Below the pieces are notes generated by a model. The model saw only the letters and a program-made list of their open reading frames with translations, was not told the DNA's origin and ran no database searches. A DNA stretch of 63,991 nt, the filler included, from Conidiobolus incongruus B7586 (taxonomy: Eukaryota), in the NCBI GenBank assembly GCA_000697335.1. It is 11 parts of 11 records of this genome, joined end to end, with 100 filler letters (N's around TTAATTAATTAA, not from the genome) between each part and the next. Parts side by side here need not be neighbours in the genome. Positions count along the whole stretch, not along the records: positions 10,981 to 15,786 come from JNEM01006546.1; positions 15,887 to 17,565 come from JNEM01006549.1; positions 17,666 to 18,881 come from JNEM01006550.1; positions 18,982 to 31,364 come from JNEM01006551.1; 7 more parts are not named here. One strand, written 5' to 3'. Below are positions 11,242 through 24,134 of the stretch, one piece after another. The first letter of the stretch is position 1, and every line of letters begins with the position of its first letter. A program made the translations under genes and the position numbers.

Positions 11242-12812
11242 CACTAGCCTGCAAAAGTGAGTTATAAAATTATGATTATATATATTATCAATAACTCAGT
11301 TAATTCTTAATCAAATTAATTTAAATTAAAATATATAATAAATTTAAATTATTTATTTATAATAAAATATATTTGATCTAATTATATTAACTTTTAGCTG
11401 ATATATTAAAATTTAAATTTTACCTAAGGTGAGTTATAAATTTGTGTGTTTTGGTTATGAAAAGAAAATTAAAACTTAATATATCTATCTTTTGCTTTCC
11501 TAACTTCCTTAAGTTTATAGGGTATAGAATCAACTAATTTCTTACATTGGGAAGGATTATTTTTCTTCTAAGCTTCTTGAATATATTCCCAAAGCTTATT
11601 TAAATTTTTTGCTAGTGGGAAAGCTTTAACTGTATTTTCTAACTGATCCCAAAGGTGTTCAATTAGATTAAGGTTAAAGGATTGAGGGAGCCACTTCATA
11701 ATTGTTAATTTATTATTTTTAAACCATTTGATATAATAATAGTAATATAACAAGGGGTATTATCTTGTTGGAAAATAACATTTGATTTATTTAATATATA
11801 CCATTATATAATTTTTTTAATTTATTGTTTAAAATATTTTAGTATATCTCAGCAATAATTCCCTTATTAACTTTACCAAGATATTTTACACCAAAAGATA
11901 ATATATATTCCTAAACTATAATTAACCTATCTTTTTATTTTTGGGTTAAAATAACATGATGGTTATAAAGTAGTTCTTTGTTTTTTCTGAAATATCTAAC
12001 CTTTTTATTAAATCTACTAAGGTATATTTTTGTTTCATCAAACTAAATAACTTTACTCCAATTAATTTCAGTTCAACTTTAGTGGTGACATTTAAACTCC
12101 CACCAAGTTTTATAATGGGTTTTCTTTAGTTAAGGGTGTTTTTTCTTGAGATAAGCAATATCTATTACAATGTAAAGCATATATAATACTATCAATATTA
12201 ACTAATATTCCTGTATAGTCTTGTAATTCTTTTTGTACTTCTATAGAAGTATTAGACTTACCTGTATTAACTAACCTAAAAATATACTTTTTATCATCTT
12301 TATCTATAATCCTAACACACTTAAGTTTAAGTTTAAATATATCCTTACCATAATTTTTAACAGCTTTAGCTATAGTAGATTAGTTAGCACTAGTAATACT
12401 AGCAATCTTACAAGTTGATTCACTTTTACAATAGAGTTGATTAATATAGAAATGAATCTTTTTAAAGAGGGATTTAAGTATTTTAATAGTAATATTATTT
12501 AAAATAATAATTTACAATAATAATATTACTATAAATATATGTAATTTAATAACATAAAAAAATTTAAGAGATTTTTGTTTTATATACCCCTTTAACTCTT
12601 AAACCTGCAAATTTATGATTGACCTTATTTAAAATTTAAGATTTGATATATTAACCAATAATATATTAAATATGATTAAATATAACATATTTAATCAAGT
12701 AATATACCTTAATTATATACTTTAATTTAAATTAATTTAGTTAAGAATTGTTTAAATTAAAGTTAAATATATAAGTGATTATTATTTTATGACTTATCTT
12801 TGCAGGCTAGTG
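11242..12812 (-). mobile_element. Tc1-family DNA transposon, full length (1571 bp), degenerate
   Basis: Ends CACTAGCCTGCAAAAG / CTTTGCAGGCTAGTG flanked by TA on both sides. Minus-strand remnants VIFQQDNTPC and WLPQSFNLNLIEHLWDQL correspond to the Tc1 motifs FQQDNAPCH and WPxQSPDLNPIEHLW. Confidence 0.9.
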
Positions 12813-13647
12813 TATATATTAATCTTTATATATAAATATAATAAAGGCTTATATATTATTAAATTTTCATAAATTAATTCAAATTCTTTTTTAAATCATA
12901 ATAAAACTATAAAAAAATTAACAATACCATTAAAACTATATTTTTCTATTTTTAAAAAAAATTTATAATTTAAATTTATTTATATAACATAATAAATATC
13001 TTATATAATCTTTTTTAATTTTTGAACAGATCAAGATATAATTATAGTTAATAATAACCAAGTTATTTAAAACAAAATTAAAACAAATTCATAAATTTAT
13101 TAAAAATTATTTATATATTATAAACTTCAATTTATTATATTCAATCTATAATATTTTAATATAATATTAAAAATAATTAAATATAAAATTATTTTTCAAT
13201 ATTAGCAACATAATATTAATTCTAATATCTAATTTAGTGAATATAATTGATATAAGTAATATATCCCTAATATAATATAGATTTAATAAAAAGGTTTATT
13301 TTTAATAATTTTAGTAATTAGAATATTATTATAAATATATAGCTTCAAATTCCAATTAATCTTATATATAAACAAAAGTATTAAAATAAAGAAATAGATT
13401 TAATAAAACTATTTTCAAATAATTTTTAGATATCTTTTATTAAAATTTTATATTTTTTAAAGGATAAATAATAAATAATCTGTAATAAAACTGAATAATA
13501 AAGAGAAGTTTCATTTTATACTTAATATTATATTGAAAATTTAATTTACTTATAAGTTTAATAACAGTAGAGAAATAACTTATAAAATTATATAAAAAAT
13601 GATTATTAGATATTATTTTATTATAATTATCAAAAAAAATATTAAAA

Positions 13648-14850
13648 TTACTCTTGATTTTTAATGATGGGAATTTAATATGATTAAAAATAAATATATA
13701 TTTTAATATATAAAATATAAAAATAAAAATAAATATATAATATAAATTTAATAATTTCTTAATTATTAATTACTTTTTACTATATTTTTGATAATAATCA
13801 ATTATTTAAAAAAGATTTTATTTTATTAAGGACTGAAATTTGATATTGACTAAACTAATTAAATTTTCTTGCAAAAATTTTCTTTCTTGTAAGTAGGTTT
13901 TTAATTACCTAAAGCAATTATAATCACATAGGTTATAATCTAAGGAGTATACTAGATATTATAGTTTTTTCTAGTTATTTTTAATTAGAAAATATTTTAT
14001 AGCTTTAGATTTATATATTTTATAATTATTATACAATATTATATTTTTTTTAAAATTATATTAAAAACACCAATTAGAAATACTTTTATTTAAAAAAGAA
14101 ATATAAAGTTTATTATTAATTGATTTTAATCAAGAATTAAATAAAATTAACATATATTATTATAATCTATAATTATAATTAATATTTACTTATTAGTAAA
14201 ATGCTTATATTGAAGGATTTGTGGAGAGGGTTGATTTAGCTTAATTTAACTTCTTGATTTGTATTTTGGTAAAGGATTATATTAAGAGTTAATATTCATC
14301 AATTTTAATTATTTATTATAAAAGTTTAGGGTTCTAATAATATTTTAGTAAGTTTTCTTTATAATAACTTCTTTAGCTTTTTTTAAGCTTTAGTTAATTT
14401 ATAAGTTACCTATTTTATATTTTTAATTATTAATTTGAGTTTAAACTTTAATATATATAATATTTTGATAAGATCAATATTAAAATTTTTAGATATTTTT
14501 TTTTGAAATAAAAAGATATTTTTTAATATATTTTTTACCAAATTCATAATTAAAATAATAACAGTTAAAGTTAACCTTCTAGATTTTAATATTATATAAA
14601 TAATTTCTCTCCTATCTTTAAAGTTATTTACCCAGCAATAAATTGTTGATTTAAATAATATTCTATTATTACAAGCTACTATAATATTTTTAATAATTAT
14701 AGATAGCTTATGGTTAATTTTTATTAATATTAAAATAAAAAACTTTTGATAATTATTATTTAATTTAAATATAAATAAATTAAAAAATTAATCTTAAAAA
14801 GATAATTTTTAAATCAAAAAATTATTATTAAATATATATATATATATATA
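13648..14850 (-). mobile_element. Mariner-family DNA transposon, degenerate, 5' end interrupted
   Basis: End TTACTCTTGATTTTTAATGATGGGAATTT. Minus-strand remnant at ~13890-13975 reads *KKL*YLVYSLDYNLCDYNCFR*LK, matching mariner WxxLPHPxYSPDxxPCDYxxF. Confidence 0.8.
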
Positions 14851-14860
14851 TTTATATATA

Positions 14861-15484
14861 CACTACCATGCAAAAGTGAGTCTTAAAATAAATATCCCAT
14901 ATATATTTACTTGTAACTTAAACAATTCTTAACTAAATTAATTTAAATTAAAGTATATAATTAAGGTATATTACTTGATTATAATAAGTTATATTTAACT
15001 ATATTTAATATAATATTTGTTAATTTATTAAATCTTAAAATTTAAAAAGGGTGAGTTATAAATTTGAAGGTTTAAGAGTTAAAAGGGTATATAAAACAAA
15101 TATTAGTTAATTTTTTTTCTTTTATTAAATTATATATATTTATAGTAATATTATTATTGTAAATTATTGTTTTGAATAATATTAGTATTAAAATATTTAA
15201 AGTCCTCTCTAAAAAGATTCACTTGTATATTAATTAACTCTATAGTAAAGGTAAATCAACTTGTGAGATTGTTGGAATTACTAGTGTTAGCTAGTTTACT
15301 ATAGCTAAGGCTGTTAAATATTATGGTAAGGATATATTTAAACTTAAACTTAGGTGTGTTAGGATTATAAATAAAGATGATGAAAAGTATATTTATAAGT
15401 TAGTTAGTATAGGTAAATATAATAGTATTGTAGAAATACAGAAAGAATTATAAAACTATATAAGAATATTAGAGAGTACTAATA
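14861..15484 (+). mobile_element. Tc1-family transposon, 5' fragment
   Basis: Begins CACTACCATGCAAAAGTGAG after a (TA)n tract. It is collinear with the reverse complement of ~12190-12812 and breaks at the start of a mariner end. Confidence 0.85.
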
Positions 15485-15786
15485 TTACCATAGAATTGAA
15501 GAAATGGGAAATTTTTTAATTTCTGATTTTTCAAACATATTATTAGTTTCAAATAAGCAAATATATACAAAACAAATAGGAAAATAAATAGTTTTGAATT
15601 ATATATATATATATATATATAATAATTTTTTTGATTAAAAAATGAATTTTTTAAAATTAGTTGTTTAATTTAATCATGCTTAAACTAAATAGTGACCATC
15701 AAAAGTCTTTTATTTTAGTATCAGTAAAACTTAACCACAAACCCTCTAAAATCATTTAAAATTTACAAACAGCTTTTGGTAATGAA
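15485..15786 (+). mobile_element. Mariner transposon 5' end with transposase N-terminus
   Basis: TA|TTACCATAGAATTGAAGAAATGGGAAATTT end, then a (TA)n tract, then MLKLNSDHQKSFILVSVKLNHKPSKII*NLQTAFGNE, resembling the first mariner HTH. Runs into a gap. Confidence 0.75.
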
Positions 15787-15925
15787 NNNNNNNNNNNNNN
15801 NNNNNNNNNNNNNNNNNNNNNNNNNNNNNNTTAATTAATTAANNNNNNNNNNNNNNNNNNNNNNNNNNNNNNNNNNNNNNNNNNNNTTTTTTTCAATTAC
15901 AATATTATAATATTTATTTTTAATA

Positions 15926-17500
15926 CACTAACCTATAAAAGTAAGCCATAAAATCAAAAACACTTATATTTTTACTAATAACTTGATTAATATTTAATAA
16001 AATAAATCTAAATTATATAATTAAAATCTATTATATTTATTAATTATATATATCATTAAATGATAATATTTAGCTATTAATTGACTAAAATATAAACCTT
16101 TAAGTTTTACCTAAGGTGAGTTATAAATTTGTAGGTTTTTGGTGATAAAAAAAAATTAAAACCTAGTATATCCACTTTTAGTTTTTCTAACTTCTTTAAG
16201 TTTGTGGGGTATAGAATCAACTAACTTCTTACACTAGGAAAGGTTAATTTTATTCTATACTTCTTAAACATATTCCTAAAGTTGATTTAAAATTTTTATT
16301 AGGGGGAAAACTTTAATAGCTTTTTTTAACTAATCTTAAAGATATTTAATTAGATTAAAGTTGGGAGATTAAAGAAACTACTTCATAACTGTTATCTTGT
16401 TATTTTTAAGCTATTTGGTAGTAAAAGCTATAATATAACAAAAAGCATTATCTTGCTGGAAAATAATATTAGATTTATTTAACCTATATTATTCAATGGT
16501 TTTTTTTCAATTTATTGTTTAGAATACTTTTGTACATCTTAGCATTAATTCCCCTATTAACTTTACAAAGATACTTTACACCTAAAGACAATATACATCC
16601 CTAAACAATAATTAACCTACTATTGTACTTTTAGATATAATTAACATAATAGTTATAAAGTAGTTCTGTATCTTTTTTAAAGTATCTAGCTTTTTTATCA
16701 AATCTACTAAAGTATATTTTTGTTTCATTAGACTAAATAACCTTATTTTAATCAGTTTTAGTTTAATATTAGTGGTGACACTTAAACTCTTACCTAGTTT
16801 TATAGTGGGATTTTTTTAGTTAGGGGTGTTTTTTCTTAAAGTGTAAGTGGTATCTGTGCTAATATAAAATATATATAATAATATTCATATTAACTAATAT
16901 TCTTCTATAGTTTTATAATTCCAGTTGTATTTCTACAATAATACCACATTTACCTATATTAACTAACCTATAAATATACTTCTTATTATGTTTATCTATA
17001 ATTTTAACACACTTAAGTTTAAGTTTAAATGTTTCTTTATTGTTATTCTTAACAGCCTTAACTATAATAAACTAACTAACACTAGTAATTCTAGCAATAT
17101 TACAAGTTGATTTACCTTTTTTATAAAGTTGATTAATACATAAGTAGATTTTTTTAGAGAGGGATTTAAGTATAATGATACTAATAAAAAAATTTAGTAT
17201 ATTTGTAAAATATAATATAAAATAATAACAAAGAGAGAAAAAAAATGTAGTTATATATTGTTAAATATATCCCTTTATCTCAAAAACCTGCAAATTTATA
17301 ACTCACCTTAGTTAAATATTAAGGGTTAATATTTTTGCTAATAGTTTACTATATATATCTAAATATATTTATTTATTATTAAATAATATACCTTAATTAT
17401 ATATTATAATTTCAAGTAATCTAATATATATAATTGTTTTAGTTACTAATTAATATATATATATATTTTTGATTTTATGACTCATTTTTGCAAGTTAGTA
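15926..17500 (-). mobile_element. Tc1-family DNA transposon, full length (1575 bp), degenerate
   Basis: TA-flanked ends CACTAACCTATAAAAG / TTTTGCAAGTTAGTA. Collinear with 11242-12812, with an IFQQDNAFC remnant near 16450. Confidence 0.9.
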
Positions 17501-17670
17501 TATCTAATTTAATAAATATAATTGATTTAATTAATTTATCCTTAATATTATATAAGTTTAATAATNNNNNNNNNNNNNNNNNNNNNNNNNNNNNNNNNNN
17601 NNNNNNNNNTTAATTAATTAANNNNNNNNNNNNNNNNNNNNNNNNNNNNNNNNNNNNNNNNNNNNTACAT

Positions 17671-18833
17671 TATTAGTGCAGAAATTAAGTAATGGCACAA
17701 TTTTAAAATTAAAATTAAACAAATAAATTAAAAAATAATATATAAAAATTAATGAATAATATAAAATTAATAGTCTTTTTTATTATTAATAACTTTTTTT
17801 ATATCTTTAGTAAGCTTCTAATACTTGAAAAATAGTTCTAATTATTAAAAACTAAAATTTAATATTTTATAAACCAATTTAATTTGTTTACAGGAATTTT
17901 TTTTCCTGTAAGCTATTTTTTTAATTATCTAAAACAATTATAATTATATAGGTTATAATCAAGTGAATATACTAGATATGGTAATTCATTTTATTTTTTT
18001 ATATAAAAAACCTTTTATAATTTTAACTTTATATATTTTGCAATTATTATATAATATAATAAGTGTTTGTATTTTATATTGAAAATACTATTTAGAAATT
18101 ATTATATTCAAAAAAAATAATATATAATTTATTATTACTTGATTTTTATTAAGATATTAAATAAGAAAACCATATACCATTATAATCTATTATAATAATT
18201 AATATTTATTTATTAGAATTTATAAAGGGGATTAATTTAGCTTAACCTAATATCTTGTTTTATTTTTGGTTAAAAAATTATATAAATAAATTTAAGATTT
18301 ATTAATTATAAGTATTTATTGTATAAAACTTCATTTTTAGTTATATCTTAATAAATTTAGTTTAATTATATCTATTTTAATTCTTATTTAGGTTTTTATT
18401 AAATTATAAAGTATTTATTTTATATTTTTATTAATTAATTCAAGTTTAAACTGAAATAGATATAATATGCTTATATAATTGATATTAAGTTGCTTTGATA
18501 ATTTTTTACCAAAAATAATAAGGTATTTCTTAATATATTTTTTTATTTTATTAGTAAGTGAAAGAATAATAGTAAAAATTAGTCTTTTACATTTTGATTA
18601 ATTTAGAATAATATCTGTTTTAGCTTTAAAATCATGAATCTAGTGATATATGGTAGTTTTAGATAAAATATTATCTTTATAAGTTTTTTATTAGTTTTAA
18701 TTAATTTTAGAGAGTTTATGGTTAAGTTTTAAAAATACAAAAATAATAGCTTTTGATAATTATAATCTAGTAAAGCATTATTAAATTTAAGTATAAATTT
18801 TAAAATCAAAATATTTTAATAAGAAAATAATTA

Positions 18834-18870
<37 letters not shown>
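17671..18870 (-). mobile_element. Mariner transposon, second subfamily, degenerate
   Basis: Body aligns by eye with 13700-14850. Its variant end TATTAGTGCAGAAATTAAGTAATGGCAC is shared with the copies at ~32420 and ~60140. Confidence 0.75.
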
Positions 18871-18872
<2 letters not shown>

Positions 18873-18981
18873 GGAAATATTNNNNNNNNNNNNNNNNNNN
18901 NNNNNNNNNNNNNNNNNNNNNNNNNTTAATTAATTAANNNNNNNNNNNNNNNNNNNNNNNNNNNNNNNNNNNNNNNNNNNN

Positions 18982-19251
18982 TTATAAATTTTAAATATTT
19001 TTAAAAAACCTATGGATAAGCTTTATTAGTATTAAAATAAAAAACTTTTATTAATTATTATCTGGTTTATATTTGATTAAATTAAATAATTAATTTGAAA
19101 AAATTAATTTTTTAATTAAAAAATTTATTATATATAATTTAAAGCAATTTAATTTCCTATTTATTTTGTATATATTTGTTTATTTAAAACTTGTGATATA
19201 TTTGAAAAATCATGAATTAAAAAATTTCCCATTTTTTAAATTCAAGAGAAT
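18982..19251 (-). mobile_element. Mariner 5' end abutting a truncated P450 pseudogene
   Basis: Matches the reverse complement of 15485-15760 and ends AAATTTCCCATTTTTTAAATTCAAGAGAA. Confidence 0.75.
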
Positions 19252-20740
19252 TTTAAAATAATTGACGTTATATGAAACAAATATATACTCTTTCAAAAAG
19301 CTAAGTTTTTGGTGAAAAAGGTTAATAAAGCTAATATATAAGCAATCTATAATGATACATTGAAATACACTTGATTGATATTCCTTACTATTAAAATTTG
19401 GAAAAATATCAGAAAAGTAATGAATCCTATATTTTATCAATCTTGATCTGTTGAAAGATTTGCTGAGTATATAAGGATAGTGATTCACTAATAAAGTCAG
19501 ACTAATTGCAAATTAATTTTTTTCAAGATTCAATTCAAAAGTAATTATGTAATATCATCAAACTTTGATCATTGTAACTATTATTTATTATCTAGTAATA
19601 TTTTATAGCATAGAGTTGAACATACAGGGTTACTATACTTTCAACCAAGCTTTTAAAATAGTCAGACCAATTTATGTAATTTCATAACTTCAATTATATT
19701 ACTGTTTAGTCTGTCACAATTCTCGATTGTAAATAATTCCAAGAATACAATTCTATTACTAAAGTGTGGTATTCTAATTTTTCATACCTTGTATTTCATT
19801 TTCTGGAAATACTTTCATTCTTTGGAAGACTTGATTTATTAAAAATATTTTTCAATATGATAATTTCATTCAAGGTTAGTATTATTAAAGGAAACTGAAA
19901 TGGAAGTATGATTTAAATACGAAATTAAGATTAAATAAGCATGCTAGTACAAGCTTTCAAAGAGAATGGTGAAACTTCCCTTTCTGATATTCAAATAAAG
20001 ATATAAATAATTAATTTAAGATTCGTAGCGTTAAATTGATTTGTATATGTGATAATTTGAAAGGATTTATTATCGTTGGTTATGGTATTATTTGGCAATA
20101 CATCTTGTAAATTCAAAATTGATCTACTGACTTAAGATGATTTATTGATTATGATTCCATATAAGAAATTCAAGCAAAAAAGAACACAAGTCATATTAGT
20201 ATTAAACTATCCTACAATCCTCACCAATCAAACAGTTCATTAACTGAAACAAATGAAATTATGAATATGATTATTAAAGGTTCCGCGGGAATTACGACAA
20301 TTGTTAGTGTATTAGATTTATGGATACCATTTTAACCCAATTGGCTGATTCCACCTATTTACCTTCAAAAACATTGGTTTGAATACTCTTATGCCATATC
20401 ACAGCAATTCCACACATTTTTCCTGTACTATAGAATTTCAGCCTAGTAGATTGACAAGTCTTTTCAGTGACCAGAATAGACTTTGAGTCTTTCATTTCTG
20501 ATCCAAAAATTTGTAAGTATCGCCATATAATTTTCCTATTATCATTATTAATAAGTATTCGAATTGGTATTAGTATGACTCAATTCTTAATAATATGCAG
20601 AGTGACTTTAATGTTATTATTTCAAAAATTTGAATTTGGTTTTGAATTAGGAAACCGTGATTATAATCATATTGGCTTAGCTTACTTGGCTTTTATTTGT
20701 TCTTAAGATTCCAGCTTAGATCTACAGGTTACAATGTAAA
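19252..20740 (+). pseudogene. Cytochrome P450 pseudogene, 5'-truncated and heavily decayed
   Basis: Remnants collinear with the neighbouring P450s: MNPIFYQS*SVE (~19420), NMIIKGS...TQLADSTYLPSKT (~20265-20370), RVTLMLLFQKFEFG...NRDYNH (~20600-20670). Many stops and indels. Confidence 0.8.
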
Positions 20741-20830
20741 CATTTGAAAATTGCATCTAATGCTTGATACTATGAATAATTGGAATAATTGGTATCATTG
20801 GTTTAACTAATTTATATGTTTCAAATATTG

Positions 20831-20834
<4 letters not shown>

Positions 20835-20872
<38 letters not shown>
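20835..20872. repeat. (AT)n microsatellite (one of many in the window)
   Basis: About 19 perfect AT units. Similar tracts occur at ~15600, 18841, 21495, 45936, 48180 and 62139. Confidence 0.95.
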
Positions 20873-20877
<5 letters not shown>

Positions 20878-22232
20878 ATTAATACATAAATTATATTGAA
20901 ATTAGTACACTTCAATATCTTCAAATTGTAATTTTTCAAATATTAATATCTAATCCAAGCTTTTAAAAATTGGAACATTACAACTATATTAACGCTTATT
21001 TTAACAAACTATTTCCTCATCAAAATATATGGTATAATTTGTTATTGCAGTTATTTATTGACAAATATTTGTGCTGAGAAATTTTTAAAATTAACTTTAG
21101 TATATATCCTAGTCAAAAAGACTATTATTAAAAATATAAAGAATACATATTAATAAAGTTAAATATTTATATAATCATTAAAAATTGTATATATTACCAA
21201 GTGGTAAATCTTTTCTGAATAATGTTTAATAAATTTGTTATATTTAAATTCAGATTATTTCATGTCACTAATTACTTTTTTCCAAATATATAAGATTAAA
21301 TGACAAAAAATTTGAATTGTAAGCTCATATAAACTAGCATTCGATTAAATATATATATATAAATCGAATCAATTTATAACAAAGTATATAATTTGAGTGA
21401 TATTCATACGTTGATATTATTAACAAAGAGATCATTCTGATTGTAATCTCTGTATTTTTTAATCAATTAAAAAAACAAATGGTAAAATAAATTAATATAT
21501 ATATATATATATATATTTAAAATTTTTCAACATTTAGTTTTAATTATTATATTGACCAATAAATCATTATTTATAATTTGAAAATCAAAAAATTGTTTTA
21601 ATAAACGTATATTTTAAAAATAATATTATTCAACAATTAGATATATTTAACCTTTGTGGAAATATTCTAAATATATAAAAATTAATTACTCATTAAATTT
21701 GATGATATATATTATTCATTATTTATTCGGTAAAACTATCAATTTTATCCAAATTTAATTAGTATTACCAACATTAAATTTTAAAAAAAATAAAATTCCG
21801 ATTATCAAAAAACCTGAATATCGCCGTTTAATTCCGAATTCTTATTAAATGGGGAAATTAGGATGTTCTAAAGTTTATGAGCAATTTTCACACATTTTTT
21901 ATTGATTAAAATGGAGTTCATATCTTAACAATTTTTAAGATTCTTTTTTTTATATAAATTATATAATATAATATTTTGGTTTAAATATTAATTAATTTTG
22001 TTAATATAAAATAATTTTTTTAATATTATTAATATTTTTCAAATTTAATAAGAATAATAATATTAATATGAATTCTATTAATTTAAAAATTTGTTTATTT
22101 TATACTATATTTGTTTATCGGTAAAAATAAATAAAAATTTCATAATATCCAAATTTGGACATTAATCCCTAATACACTATAAATAAGTTACAATTCCCCA
22201 CTAATATTCATTATAAAATCAATTTACAAAAA

Positions 22233-24134
22233 ATGTATCAGTGGATACTCGCATTACTATCAATCTATTCAGGCTATAAAGTCTACAAAATTTTCAAATG
22301 TCCTAAAGAGTTGGAGAATATCCCAAGTATTTCAGCTTACCAATTTTTCATGCACGCTGCAGGTCCTGAACCTTTCGATGTCAAGGTAAAACAGTATATA
22401 GGTCCTATGTTAGATAAATATGGTGTAGTTAGAGTAAAATTGGTTTATAATTAATAATTTTAATCGAGTTAATTGACTTTCAACTGTTTAGGTCTTTAGT
22501 GCACATGGATGGACTGTTGTGGTGGGAGACCCTCAGGTTGCAAAAAAGATCTATAGCAATTCGGGTATTAACATATATCTCATAAATCAATATATTTTCA
22601 GATTAATATATTAACTGAACATAGAAATATTTCATAAGAGAGAGGATAATCTTACCAACATTAACCCTCATGCAGCTGCATTCTTTGGTAAACAACAAGT
22701 CAACAATGTGAATGGAGAGGTAAATCTAATTAAATACCTTCAATATGATTACTGAACTGTATTTAAGGCTTGGAAAAGAATGAGAAAAGTGATGAATCCT
22801 ATATTTCATCAAACTTGGTCGGTAGATACATTTGCCAATTGTGCAAGAGGAGTAATTGATAAATGGTGCCAAACCGATGGCAAATTAATTCCTGTTCATG
22901 ATATGATTCAGAGGTAATTTTATATATTAAATATAGTATCACTAAGATTTATCATGTTACAATTCAATAGACTGACTTTAGACGTATTGGGTCATGCTGT
23001 CTTAGACAGAGATTTTGAAGTAAAATTATATATAAACTCATACAATCTCATTAATAATATTATTTTAATAGTCTGTTAAAGATCCAGATTCTAAACTTTT
23101 TAACCAATATAATTCGATTTTGGAAGAATTATTCTCTAACTTTACATATTTATTATTTCCAATACTTGAGAAAGTTCCATTCTATAGAAGACCTGAATTT
23201 ACAAAGAGAGTACATCAATATGATAATTTTATTAAAGATTTGATCCGAAAGAAGAAATTGGAATTGGAACAAAATCCAGATTATAATAGTAAAGATTTAC
23301 TAACCATGTTGATTAAAACATCTCAAGAAAACGGCCAAAGCTTGCTATCCGACGTTGAAATTAAAGTAAAAATATATACTATAGAATGAAAGATAATACT
23401 AATTAAGAATTTAGGATAATTTAAAAGGTTTTATTATAGCTGGTCATGATACCACTTCGAATACTTTAACTACTACATTATATTATTTGGCCAGAAATCC
23501 AGTAATTTTTTTGTAATTCTATAAGCTAAAATATATTTATAAATACTTGATATAGGATATTCAAGATAAATTAAGATCAGAAATCTTACAAGTTTTAAAT
23601 AATCCTACAGTCCTGACCAATCCAACCATTGATCAACTCAAACAAATGGAATATATGAATATGGTTATTAAAGAATCCATGCGAATTGTAGCTACCACCA
23701 GCGTTTTAGAACGTACCAACAATGTTGCAACTCAATTAACCGATTCTGTCTATTTACCTGCAAGAACCCCTATCTCAATGCATATGTGGCACATTCACAG
23801 AAATTCCAATTATTTCCCAAACCCTGAAGTATTTGATCCAGAAAGATTCCGAGATCCCTCAAGTGATCAAAGTAAGAATTGGATGCCTTTTACATTGGGA
23901 CCAAGAACTTGTAAGATTAATCAAATCAAACATATCAAAATTCATTCTAATATTCTACTAGGTATTGGCATGTCCTTATCACTTATGGAGCAAAGAGTCA
24001 CGCTATCATTATTATTACAAAAATTTGAATTCAGTATTCAACCAGACAACCCAGACTACGATAAGGTCAAATTAAACCCTGTTGGAATTATTAGACCTCA
24101 AAATTTGAAATTGGATATTAAACCGAGAATTTAA
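22233..24134 (+). CDS. Cytochrome P450, copy A, 9 exons
   Basis: N-terminal anchor, WKRMR, AGHDTT, KESMR (ExxR), FDPERF and FTLGPRTC-IG heme motif, with the Cys codon split by the last intron. Eight short GT-AG introns. Confidence 0.95.
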
